A DNA stretch of 10,860 nucleotides from an uncultured bacterium. GTDB lineage: Bacteria > Schekmanbacteria > GWA2-38-11 > J061. Every line of letters starts with the position of its first letter. Position 1 is the first letter of the stretch. Positions 1 to 7,616 of the stretch are shown one piece after another. A program made the position numbers and the translations under genes. The DNA is taken from NCBI GenBank assembly GCA_964549305.1, contig CAZJVM010000023.1, positions 26,048 to 36,907 of the forward strand, in the 5' to 3' direction. The notes beneath the pieces were generated by a model that was not told where the DNA came from, searched no databases, and worked only from the letters and a program-made list of their open reading frames with translations.

Positions 1-75
1 CGCTAAAAAATCTTCTGCCGCTAAATCGTCGGCCAAAAAGAAAGCGGTGAAGAAGACAACCGCTAAAAAATCTTC
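1..75 (+). repeat. 15-bp exact direct repeat CGCTAAAAAATCTTC (1-15 and 61-75) in the dksA tail coding region
   Basis: Read directly from the sequence. The 60-bp spacing keeps the frame, and both copies encode AKKS(S). Confidence 0.85.
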
Positions 76-607
76 ACAAAAAAAGTTAACTTCAAAGAAG
101 ACTACGACGAAAAAAACCGCTTCGAAAAAAACCACTGCATCTAAAAAGAAGCCAAATAAAATATCGGGGAAAACAGTGAAAAAAGCCGCACCTAAGAAAA
201 AAACAGTCTCAAGGCAGGGATCGAAAACCACGAAAAAAAGAGTTAGTAAAAGGAAATTTCAAGAAATAAAGAAACTCCTTGAAGCAAGGCGAGAAGAAAT
301 ACTCAAAGAAGTTGCAGGTGATTTGAGCAGCGGACTTAACTCCGAAACAATCTCCTATCCCGACCTAAGTGATCTTGCAAGCATTGAATCGGACAGAAAA
401 TTTTCGATAAGAATAAAAGAAAGAGAAAGAAGGCTTCTTAAAAAGATAAACCTTGCCCTCGAACAGATAAAAAACGGCTCTTTCGGTATCTGTGAATCCT
501 GCGGAGAAGAAATAGGAAAAAAACGACTTCTCGCAAGACCCGTCGCCACGCTTTGCATTCAATGTAAAACGGAAGCGGAGCGGGAAGAAAAGGCAAAAAA
601 CCTTTAA
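2..607 (+). CDS. dksA: DksA/TraR-family C4 zinc-finger RNA polymerase-binding factor with a Lys-rich low-complexity N-terminal extension (5'-truncated)
   Basis: The frame is open from position 2 (AKKSSAAKSSAKKKAVKKTT...), so the GTG at 47 is probably internal. Coiled-coil tip motif DxxDxA (DLSDLA, ~362-379), RERERRLLKKI helix, and zinc finger CESC...CIQC in FGICESCGEEIGKKRLLARPVATLCIQCK. Stop TAA at 605-607. Confidence 0.93.
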   Translation, partial: AKKSSAAKSSAKKKAVKKTTAKKSSQKKLTSKKTTTKKTASKKTTASKKKPNKISGKTVKKAAPKKKTVSRQGSKTTKKRVSKRKFQEIKKLLEARREEILKEVAGDLSSGLNSETISYPDLSDLASIESDRKFSIRIKERERRLLKKINLALEQIKNGSFGICESCGEEIGKKRLLARPVATLCIQCKTEAEREEKAKNL

Positions 608-705
608 AACCCTGTTTCGTTCTTTAATAGTCTAATATTCCTTAAATATTATTCCGAATTTATGATTTAATATTTATAATGAATCAACAGTCGGAGTCTA
701 AATAT

Positions 706-735
706 TTGCTCACATCCGAAAAAATATGCTAAAAT
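706..735 (+). promoter_or_regulatory. Putative sigma70 promoter (extended -10) for the 92-aa membrane protein gene
   Basis: TTGCTC (706-711), 18 nt spacer, TAAAAT (730-735) preceded by TG at 727-728 (TGnTAAAAT). A purine-rich SD-like AAAGGGAAG lies upstream of ATG 771. Confidence 0.55.
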
Positions 736-770
736 AGAGCATGTATTAAATTTTTAAAGGGAAGTAAAAA

Positions 771-1049
771 ATGGATATTGATTATGAAGCGATAAAACAC
801 ATAAAGCTGGCTATACCACTGTGGCAGATATTTGTTTTTTTCGTAGTCAGCGCCGTGACTATGCTCTTTGGATATGTAAGATTTGCAATGTCCGCATCTT
901 TTATTGCAACGCTTTACTGGGTATTCATTCTTAACCGGGCGGAACTCGTTGACAAGTTTTCCACATCGACATTTCTTATGGGTGCATACCTCGTAGTAGG
1001 AATAATAATCGTATTTTGTCTTCTCATTTCTCTGTTTATCAAAGGATAA
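771..1049 (+). CDS. Hypothetical small integral membrane protein (92 aa, about 3 TM helices)
   Basis: ATG start with SD-like AAGGGAAG; fills the gap between dksA and ispG. Three hydrophobic stretches (IPLWQIFVFFVVSAVTMLFG, FAMSASFIATLYWVFIL, FLMGAYLVVGIIIVFCLLISLFI). No family recognised. Confidence 0.8.
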   Translation: MDIDYEAIKHIKLAIPLWQIFVFFVVSAVTMLFGYVRFAMSASFIATLYWVFILNRAELVDKFSTSTFLMGAYLVVGIIIVFCLLISLFIKG

Positions 1050-1064
1050 ATCTCGAAAATACTT

Positions 1065-2135
1065 TTACTTTCTTTTTCTTTCTTTCGCTATTTCCATTGC
1101 GCCATCGATGAGTTCCTTCGCGAAATCTTTTTCTGAAACTTTCTTCATCTTTTTACCGTGCCTGAAGAGGATTCCCGACTCTTTTCCTCCCGCTATTCCG
1201 ATATCCGCTTCCCTTGCTTCTCCCGGACCGTTAACAACACATCCCATAACGGCAACAGTAATATTTTCAAGAATGCCGCAAAGAGCATTTTCGACTTCAT
1301 TGGCAACCGATTCCACATCAATCTCCCGCCTTGAGCAGGTGGGACAGGATATGACTTCAACACCGACCTTTCTCAATCCGAGAGCCCTTAGCAACGCGAA
1401 TCCGGCCTTTACTTCCTTCAGTGGGTCGCCTGTAAGGGATATTCTAAGCGTATCACCTATGCCTGAATATAGAAGAATTCCCAGTCCCGCGCCGCTTTTC
1501 GTTGCGCCCGAGAGCAATGTGCCTGCTTCTGTAATTCCTATGTGAAGGGGATAATCACATTCAGCGGAAAACTTTTTGTACGCCTTTATTGTTTCGAGCA
1601 CATTACTTCCCTTCAGGGAAACTTTTATGTTTTGAAATGATTCCTTTTCGCAAATGCCCACGCTTCTCATTGCGCTTTCCACCATTGCGTCTGAAGAAGG
1701 TGTTCCGTACTTTTCAAGGATATCCTTCTCGAGGGAACCGGAATTGACTCCTACTCTTATCACCTTTTCATTATCCCTGCAGACGCTTATCACTTCCCTG
1801 AATTTTTCTTCGCCTCCAAGGTTACCGGGGTTGATTCTTATTGCGTCCGCTCCGTTTTCAACTGCTGATATTGCAATCCTGTGGTCGAAATGAACATCGG
1901 CTATTACGGGGATGGGAGAGTCATTCTTTATTTCCGCGAATGCCGGTATTGTTTCAATATCTTTAACGGCAACACGGATTATTTCACATCCCGCTTTGGC
2001 AAGCGCATTAATCTGACTGACCGTTTTTTTTACATGGGAAGTATCGGTATTTGTCATTGACTGCACGCTTACGGGGGAATCTCCCCCAACAAAGACACTT
2101 CCCACCTGTATCTTTCTCGTTTTTCTGCGGAGCAA
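1065..2135 (-). CDS. ispG: (E)-4-hydroxy-3-methylbut-2-enyl-diphosphate synthase (flavodoxin/ferredoxin), MEP pathway
   Basis: RRKTRKIQVG..VGGDSPVSVQSMTNT, ADVHFD, RINPGN, RVGVNSGSL, YPLHIGITEAG, GIGDTLRISLT, and 4Fe-4S ligands in SCPTCSR and MGCVVNGPGE. Start uncertain: TTG at 2135 or CTG at 2147. Confidence 0.97.
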   Translation of the reverse strand: MLRRKTRKIQVGSVFVGGDSPVSVQSMTNTDTSHVKKTVSQINALAKAGCEIIRVAVKDIETIPAFAEIKNDSPIPVIADVHFDHRIAISAVENGADAIRINPGNLGGEEKFREVISVCRDNEKVIRVGVNSGSLEKDILEKYGTPSSDAMVESAMRSVGICEKESFQNIKVSLKGSNVLETIKAYKKFSAECDYPLHIGITEAGTLLSGATKSGAGLGILLYSGIGDTLRISLTGDPLKEVKAGFALLRALGLRKVGVEVISCPTCSRREIDVESVANEVENALCGILENITVAVMGCVVNGPGEAREADIGIAGGKESGILFRHGKKMKKVSEKDFAKELIDGAMEIAKERKRK

Positions 2136-2151
2136 TAAATCTGACAGGGCA

Positions 2152-3825
2152 CTATCCTCCTGCTATATTGCGGAAGAAACCTATTATATCAAGAAGATAA
2201 CGGTTAAAGTCGTTGTATATGGCATATCCCATAATTAGAAATATCAGCGCAAGTCCTATATACTGCGTCACATTCCTGAGTTTCTCGTTAACGGGTTTCC
2301 TTATAATTGCTTCGGTTATAAAAAGAAGTATAAGTCCGCCGTCTGTAATGGTGCCGAGAGGGATAAAATTTATTATTCCCAGATTTATGCTTATGAATGC
2401 TACAAAGGAAGCAAAATTTGAAAGACCTTTCTTCGCCTGGTCTCCAGCCATTTTTGCTATCGCAATGGGACCGGATATCGCTTTAGATGAAACTTCTCCG
2501 GTAATCATTTTGTAAATGCCTTTGAACATCAACCCCGTGAGAGTTACCGTGCGGTCAACTGCCATCGCGAACGATTTGACAGGATTAAAGGACATGTTTT
2601 TTGAGCGCACTTCGGTATATCCGTTTGCGGAAACAAGTCCCAGCGTGCCTACCTTGATTCTGTTATCCATAATATCCCTGTCTTCTATTTCATCGGGAGT
2701 GACTGACAGGTTGATTTCTTCGCCGTGTCTCAACAGAGATAGAGAAACTTCCTTTAACGCGTTTGACGCAATTATCTCCGCCAAATCCATCCATTCGGAA
2801 AGTTCTTTTCCATTCACTTTCACTATTTTGTCGTACGCTTTAATACCGGTTTTTTCTCCGATACTTTCCTTCTCGACTTCCCCCACATAAAGCTCGGTGG
2901 ATTCTATCCCCAGATATTCGGGCAGGGTTATATTATTTTCATCGGAGGAAGGAATGTAATCTATGGCAAATGATATTTTTTCAGTGTCCTCTTCGCCAAC
3001 GCGTCTTTCGATGACAAGATTTATTTTATTGTCCTGAAGGTTACCCAATCCCATATATTGAAGCTCGCTGTATGCTTCAACATTACTTCCGTCCACTGAT
3101 ACAACTCGGTCTCCGGGTTTCATACCTGCCTTTTCCGCGGGAGATTCCCGCAAAATTCCTCCTATTGCCGAGTCGAGAGCGAATGGTTTTATTCCTATGA
3201 GTCCGACCTTTTCCCTTTCATTGAGTACATTTGTGACAACTCTTTCACCGGGTATGATTTCCTTCTGAAAGCGCTCGCTCTTTCTGCTTATGGTGAAGAG
3301 AAGTTTTTTCCCTGCGCTTTCGTGGACTATAGATGTAAGGTCGTCCCAGGCATTGATATCTTTATCACCTATCTTTACTATTTCGTCGCCGTACCTTAAT
3401 CCTGCCTTCAATGCCGGTGAATCCTTTTCAACGTCGCCTACAATAGGTGAAAGCATTGTGATTCCTGACATATAAAGGACTGCGAGGATAATAATGGCGA
3501 ATATGATATTAAAGACGGGACCTGATGCCGCAACGAGAAGTTTTACAAAGGGAGGTTTTGCGGAAAAGGATTTTTCCGTGTTTTCCACATCATCATCAGG
3601 GTCTTCTCCTTCGAGCTTGACATATCCGCCAAGGGGAAAAGCGGATATCAGGTATTCCGTTTCTCCCCATTTTTTGCCGATAATTTTCGGCCCGAAACCA
3701 AGAGAAAACTTCTGGACACCGATTCCGAATTTTTTAGCCGTAAGGAAATGCCCCAACTCGTGAACGAATATGAGCAGACCCAAAGTGACCGTCATTGCGA
3801 TTATATACGAAAAAAAATTTTCCAT
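2152..3825 (-). CDS. rseP: RIP metalloprotease RseP (site-2 protease, M50 family) with three PDZ domains
   Basis: HELGH zinc motif (3748-3762), FSLGFGP, PLGGYVKL, ASGPVFN, three PDZ-like repeats, ISGPIAIA, and C-terminal NxxP...DGG. SD AAGGAG at 3834-3829. Confidence 0.96.
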   Translation of the reverse strand: MENFFSYIIAMTVTLGLLIFVHELGHFLTAKKFGIGVQKFSLGFGPKIIGKKWGETEYLISAFPLGGYVKLEGEDPDDDVENTEKSFSAKPPFVKLLVAASGPVFNIIFAIIILAVLYMSGITMLSPIVGDVEKDSPALKAGLRYGDEIVKIGDKDINAWDDLTSIVHESAGKKLLFTISRKSERFQKEIIPGERVVTNVLNEREKVGLIGIKPFALDSAIGGILRESPAEKAGMKPGDRVVSVDGSNVEAYSELQYMGLGNLQDNKINLVIERRVGEEDTEKISFAIDYIPSSDENNITLPEYLGIESTELYVGEVEKESIGEKTGIKAYDKIVKVNGKELSEWMDLAEIIASNALKEVSLSLLRHGEEINLSVTPDEIEDRDIMDNRIKVGTLGLVSANGYTEVRSKNMSFNPVKSFAMAVDRTVTLTGLMFKGIYKMITGEVSSKAISGPIAIAKMAGDQAKKGLSNFASFVAFISINLGIINFIPLGTITDGGLILLFITEAIIRKPVNEKLRNVTQYIGLALIFLIMGYAIYNDFNRYLLDIIGFFRNIAGG

Positions 3826-3928
3826 ATTCTCCTTATCTCTCTTAAATGTTGAATAGTATTATCAATATCTTCTTTATTTCTTTTTGCAAAAGTCAGGAAA
3901 TCCGTCAGTGTTGAATATATCCCGGTAA

Positions 3929-4591
3929 TCAGATAGACGATGAATCAATGACTTCAACTCCTTCAGGGGGAATGTATTTAAATTTTGAATCGGGAATTGC
4001 GCCGTTAAAAACCGTATCCCTGAAAGAATAAACGGAACGGTTATCATATGCATCGATAATCTCTATATCAGTGATTCTGTATCTGCTCTTCTCCACAATG
4101 AGTTTTGCACTCTTTACATCAGAGAGGGTTTCATTGGGTGTCAACGCTAATTCAAGGGATTTCCCCTCGTCCTTATCAACTATAATTTTAAAATTCTTCT
4201 TCAGTTCGCTTATGTCGGCAAGAAGCAAAAGAGCGAGTTTAGCCCTTCCCTTTTTACCGGAATTCTCCTTTATAACCTGATTATTTTCCTTCGTATAAAT
4301 CCAGAGGTTATTTCCGTCAATAACTATTAACTGCTCATCCGGGTCGGTAATCTCCCATCTGAATTTATCGGGTCTCCTGATGTACATTGTGCCGTTAAAT
4401 GTGAAATTCTTGTCCATCGTTTTGTTATAAAAATTTTGAGTACACTTTGCCGTAATGGATTTAACGTTGGCGTATTCCTTTTCAATCCTGTCAAGATACG
4501 TATCGGAAGTTTCTCCGCGCACACCTGTTACAGCGAATAAAAGTAGTGACGCAATAAAAATCACCGTTTTTGCGCAGTTTTCTTTTTTCAT
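3929..4591 (-). CDS. lolA: Outer-membrane lipoprotein carrier protein LolA
   Basis: N-terminal signal peptide, GTMYIRRPDKFRWE (LolA RP.kFRW motif), QLIVIDGNNLWIY...NQV, D..DNRS and the C-terminal F.Y.PP.GVEVID. 220 aa. Confidence 0.92.
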   Translation of the reverse strand: MKKENCAKTVIFIASLLLFAVTGVRGETSDTYLDRIEKEYANVKSITAKCTQNFYNKTMDKNFTFNGTMYIRRPDKFRWEITDPDEQLIVIDGNNLWIYTKENNQVIKENSGKKGRAKLALLLLADISELKKNFKIIVDKDEGKSLELALTPNETLSDVKSAKLIVEKSRYRITDIEIIDAYDNRSVYSFRDTVFNGAIPDSKFKYIPPEGVEVIDSSSI

Positions 4592-4616
4592 TTAATTTCC
4601 TGTTGATAAACCGTTG

Positions 4617-5336
4617 TCAGTTTTGGATTATCATAATTTCGCTGAAATTGCTTTCCTGTTCTATTCTTACGAGCTTAAGCCTTATCAACTCGAGGAGGGC
4701 GAGAAAAGTTACCACCATTTCTATTTTTTCCCGCATTTCGGTAAAAATATTTTCCAGAGTAACCCTTTCCTTTGCCTCGAGAGTTTCCATTATTTGGGAT
4801 ATTTTATCGTTTATCGTTATTCGCGAAACAAGAATTTCCTTCACCTCGGAATCAGAAGTCCTTTTCAATATTCCTTCAAATGCCTTAATTAAATCAAAAA
4901 CGGAAGTATTTAGAAGAACTTCCTCGGTTTTCTCGAATCCTTCGGAAGGATTTGACCTTTCGTACTGCTCTCTGTAATATGATTCGCGGTTTAAAAGAAC
5001 AGTCGCGGCATCTTTGAACTGTTCGTATTCAAGAAGCTTTTGCACGAGATTGCCTCTTGGGTCTTCCATTTCACCCTCTTCGTCCTTCACTGCGGGGATG
5101 AGCATTCTCGACTTGATGTAAAGAAGATGAGCGGCAAGGACAAGAAATTCGCCAATCGTATTCAGATTGAGCACTTTCATCATATCCACATATTTCATAT
5201 ACTCATCGAGAATGAAAGCAATGGGGATATCGTACAGATCGATTTCATTTTTTTTAATGAGGTAGAGCAAAAGGTCCATAGGTCCTTCAAAATTTGGGAG
5301 TTGAACCTGATAATCTCTTGACTCTAAGATTTCCAT
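4617..5336 (-). CDS. scpA: Segregation and condensation protein A (kleisin subunit of SMC-ScpAB)
   Basis: FEGPMDLLLYLIKKNEIDLYDIPI, GEFLVLAAHLLYIKSRMLIP, EDPR..LVQKLLEY..FK and the C-terminal winged helix VVTFLALLEL...IEQ..NFSEI. ATG overlaps the upstream stop codon (TAATG at 5338-5334). Confidence 0.96.
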   Translation of the reverse strand: MEILESRDYQVQLPNFEGPMDLLLYLIKKNEIDLYDIPIAFILDEYMKYVDMMKVLNLNTIGEFLVLAAHLLYIKSRMLIPAVKDEEGEMEDPRGNLVQKLLEYEQFKDAATVLLNRESYYREQYERSNPSEGFEKTEEVLLNTSVFDLIKAFEGILKRTSDSEVKEILVSRITINDKISQIMETLEAKERVTLENIFTEMREKIEMVVTFLALLELIRLKLVRIEQESNFSEIMIIQN

Positions 5337-6079
5337 TATAATCCCTGTCTTTTACGAATATTGATTTCCTCAAACTTATCCATTGCCGATGCGTTGTACG
5401 GCGATTCGGGATATTCATCAATGACTCTCTTGAAATAGGTTTGCGCCTTGGCGAGGTCATTCATTTTTTCGTGACAAACTCCTATCCTGTAGAGAAATTC
5501 ATCGACAACCATTGAACCGCTTTTCCCGATATAATCATTTGAATATTTCAGAACATCTTCATATTTTTCCTCATCGACAAGCGTTACGGTAAGTTTTTGA
5601 TATGCCTGCAGTAAAAGGAGATCTGATTTCCCGTATTTTCCGATGAACGAAAGATAATGTTTTTCCGCTTCAGGTAGATTTCCTTCATATCTGAAACAAT
5701 TCCCGAGATAAAGCTCTGACCATTTACCATAGACTGTGTTCTTGTATTGCGTTGAAACCTTTGCAAGAAGCCCTTTTGAGCCTGCGAAATCCGGTATCGC
5801 TTTCCCTGTGGCGATATTCTCCGGTGCGCTTTGTGAATTTAATTCCTGCACCTGCTGCCAATAGGCGTTTACGGCTCTGGAGAATGCCTCAGATGCCTCT
5901 TCGGAACGCTTTTCGCTTGAATATGACAAACCCCATATAAGCGCTGATATCAATATTATTGCCCCTACCCCTATGGAAATTGATTTGATATTTTCGATTA
6001 TTTGTCCATAAATCTTTTCCGGCAGAGGAATGTAATCATCCTTTTCTATCTCTTTTCTCTTTTTTATCGCTTTAACCAA
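5336..6079 (-). CDS. Single-pass membrane TPR protein, YfgM (ancillary SecYEG translocon subunit)-like
   Basis: TTG start with SD AAGGGAG. Basic N-terminus, one TM helix (ISIGVGAIILISALIWGL), then TPR-like helices (LYLGNCFRYEGNLPEAEKHY; LYRIGVCHEKMNDLAKAQTYFKRVIDEYPESPY). The YfgM assignment is by architecture only. Confidence 0.75.
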   Translation of the reverse strand: MVKAIKKRKEIEKDDYIPLPEKIYGQIIENIKSISIGVGAIILISALIWGLSYSSEKRSEEASEAFSRAVNAYWQQVQELNSQSAPENIATGKAIPDFAGSKGLLAKVSTQYKNTVYGKWSELYLGNCFRYEGNLPEAEKHYLSFIGKYGKSDLLLLQAYQKLTVTLVDEEKYEDVLKYSNDYIGKSGSMVVDEFLYRIGVCHEKMNDLAKAQTYFKRVIDEYPESPYNASAMDKFEEINIRKRQGL

Positions 6080-6094
6080 GATTCTGTCTCCCTT

Positions 6095-7504
6095 TTAAGA
6101 AGTATATTCGATAAGTCTTTTTAGTCTTTTTTCAACCGATTCCCTGCCTATTATTTCCATTATTTCAAACAATCCGGGACTCACCGTCTGCCCTGTCAGT
6201 GCAATTCTTACCGGTTGAGCAATTTTTGCCATTTTAATCTTTGCTTCGTCGCATTCTTTTCTAAGATAATTTTCGAGGTCGTTTTTCTCCAATCTTTCCC
6301 TCGCGGAAACATATTCAAGAAGTTTTTTGAGAAATCCTTTGACATCGGGAGTTATCCACTTATCAATATCTTTTTCGTTGTATTCTATGTCGTTGGTGAA
6401 AAAATAATTTACGCTTTCGGCAAACTCCACAAGCGTTCTGCTTCTTGTCTTGAGCAATGCAGTTATTTTCAGCATACGCTCATTATCTTCCATTTCTTTT
6501 GTATCATATCCTTTTTCTTTTAAAAAGGGAAATGCCTTTCCCAACAGTACGCCGTCTTCCATATCTCTGATGTAGGTTGCATTCATCCACAAAAGCTTTT
6601 TCGGATTAAACACTCCCGCAGCTTTTGAAACGCTTGAAATATCAAAGTATTCAATCATTTCATCTATGGTGAATATTTCCTTGTCTCCGTATGACCACCC
6701 CAATCGTACGAGGTAATTTATCAGCCCTTCCGGAAGATATCCCTGCCTTCTGTATTCCTCCGCCGATGTGGCGCCGTGCCGTTTGCTCAATCTCGCCCTG
6801 TCTGTGCCCAGAATGAGCGGAAGATGAGCAAAAACCGGAGTTTTGTATCCGAGCGCTTCGAATATCTGAATTTGTTTCGGCGTGTTTGCGAGGTGGTCTT
6901 CACCGCGTATTACGTGGTTGATATTCATACCGGCATCGTCAACAACCACGACAAGATTGTATGTAGGCGAACCGTCCGGCCTGGCGATTATAAGATCGTC
7001 GAGCTGTTTGTTCCCGAAAACCACATCTCCCCGGATAAGGTCATTTACAACGGTTTCCCCTTCAGCGGGCATTGCAAACCTTATTGTAAAGGGCTTCCCG
7101 CAGTCTTCTCCATATTGTTTGTCTCTGCAGCTTCTGTCATAAGCGGGAGGCCTTCCTTCCTTCTGCGCCTGTTTCCTTCTTTCATCAAGCTCTTCCTTTG
7201 TGCATATGCACCTGTATGCCTTTCCCGAGTCGAGAAGTTTTTTGATTGTTTCCTTGTAAATATCACCCCTTTTGCTCTGATAAAAAGGGCCTTCATCCCA
7301 ATTCAATCCGAGCCAATCCAGAGAATCCAATATGGAATCGGTGAATTCCTGTTTTGACCTTTCCCTGTCCGTGTCTTCGATTCGCAATATAAACTTGCCT
7401 TTGTTTTTTTTCGCGTATAACCAGTTAAAAAGCGCTGTCCTGACTCCGCCTATATGCAAATGCCCCGTGGGACTTGGCGCAAACCTTGTTCTGATTTCAT
7501 CCAT
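6095..7504 (-). CDS. gltX: Glutamate--tRNA ligase
   Basis: RTRFAPSPTGHLHIGG (HIGH-type), LRIEDTD, CxC...YDRSC, HVIRGEDHL.NT, RLSKR (KMSKS-type), and a full anticodon-binding domain (PVRIALTG..VSPGLFE). 469 aa. Confidence 0.97.
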   Translation of the reverse strand: MDEIRTRFAPSPTGHLHIGGVRTALFNWLYAKKNKGKFILRIEDTDRERSKQEFTDSILDSLDWLGLNWDEGPFYQSKRGDIYKETIKKLLDSGKAYRCICTKEELDERRKQAQKEGRPPAYDRSCRDKQYGEDCGKPFTIRFAMPAEGETVVNDLIRGDVVFGNKQLDDLIIARPDGSPTYNLVVVVDDAGMNINHVIRGEDHLANTPKQIQIFEALGYKTPVFAHLPLILGTDRARLSKRHGATSAEEYRRQGYLPEGLINYLVRLGWSYGDKEIFTIDEMIEYFDISSVSKAAGVFNPKKLLWMNATYIRDMEDGVLLGKAFPFLKEKGYDTKEMEDNERMLKITALLKTRSRTLVEFAESVNYFFTNDIEYNEKDIDKWITPDVKGFLKKLLEYVSARERLEKNDLENYLRKECDEAKIKMAKIAQPVRIALTGQTVSPGLFEIMEIIGRESVEKRLKRLIEYTS

Positions 7505-7587
7505 TAATTTTTCCTGCCTCTGATTGTCAAAATGTTTATAAAGTCAATTATTTCTTCTCTTTTGATATTGTTATCTTCAAGTAAGAT

Positions 7588-7616
7588 TTGACAAAAAAAT
7601 AGCTCTTATTTACTAT
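7588..7616 (+). promoter_or_regulatory. Near-consensus sigma70 promoter for the dapL-folK-panB-nitroreductase operon
   Basis: TTGACA (7588-7593), exactly 17 nt spacer, TACTAT (7611-7616), in the AT-rich divergent intergenic region. SD GGGAG at 7694-7698 ahead of ATG 7711. Confidence 0.75.

Noticed and set aside
47..49. GTG at 47 as the dksA start codon
   Set aside because: The frame is open to the window edge with the same K/A/S-rich composition and there is no clear SD, so the gene most likely starts upstream.
1..260. Repetitive A-rich sequence as a CRISPR array or non-coding tandem repeat
   Set aside because: Only one 15-bp exact repeat pair and no regular repeat-spacer period; the pattern is explained by Lys codons in an open frame.
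355..562. Two - strand ORFs opposite dksA
   Set aside because: Antisense to the DksA core with no motifs.
608..660. Intrinsic terminator after dksA (and between the convergent genes at 1050-1064)
   Set aside because: No convincing GC-rich hairpin followed by a U-tract was visible at either site.
6095..7504. Possible gluQ (glutamyl-Q tRNA(Asp) synthetase), suggested by dksA, folK and panB nearby as in the E. coli dksA-gluQ-pcnB-folK region
   Set aside because: At 469 aa with a complete C-terminal anticodon-binding domain it is a true GluRS; GluQ is about 300 aa and lacks that domain.
1108..7523. Many + strand ORFs (e.g. 1108-1545, 2213-2890, 4570-4977, 6776-7357) and short alternative-frame - strand ORFs (4327-4524, 5584-5766, 7081-7296)
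   Set aside because: They lie almost entirely within well-supported housekeeping genes and show no recognisable motifs; the + strand ones have the Ser/Phe/Ile-rich composition typical of antisense shadow frames.
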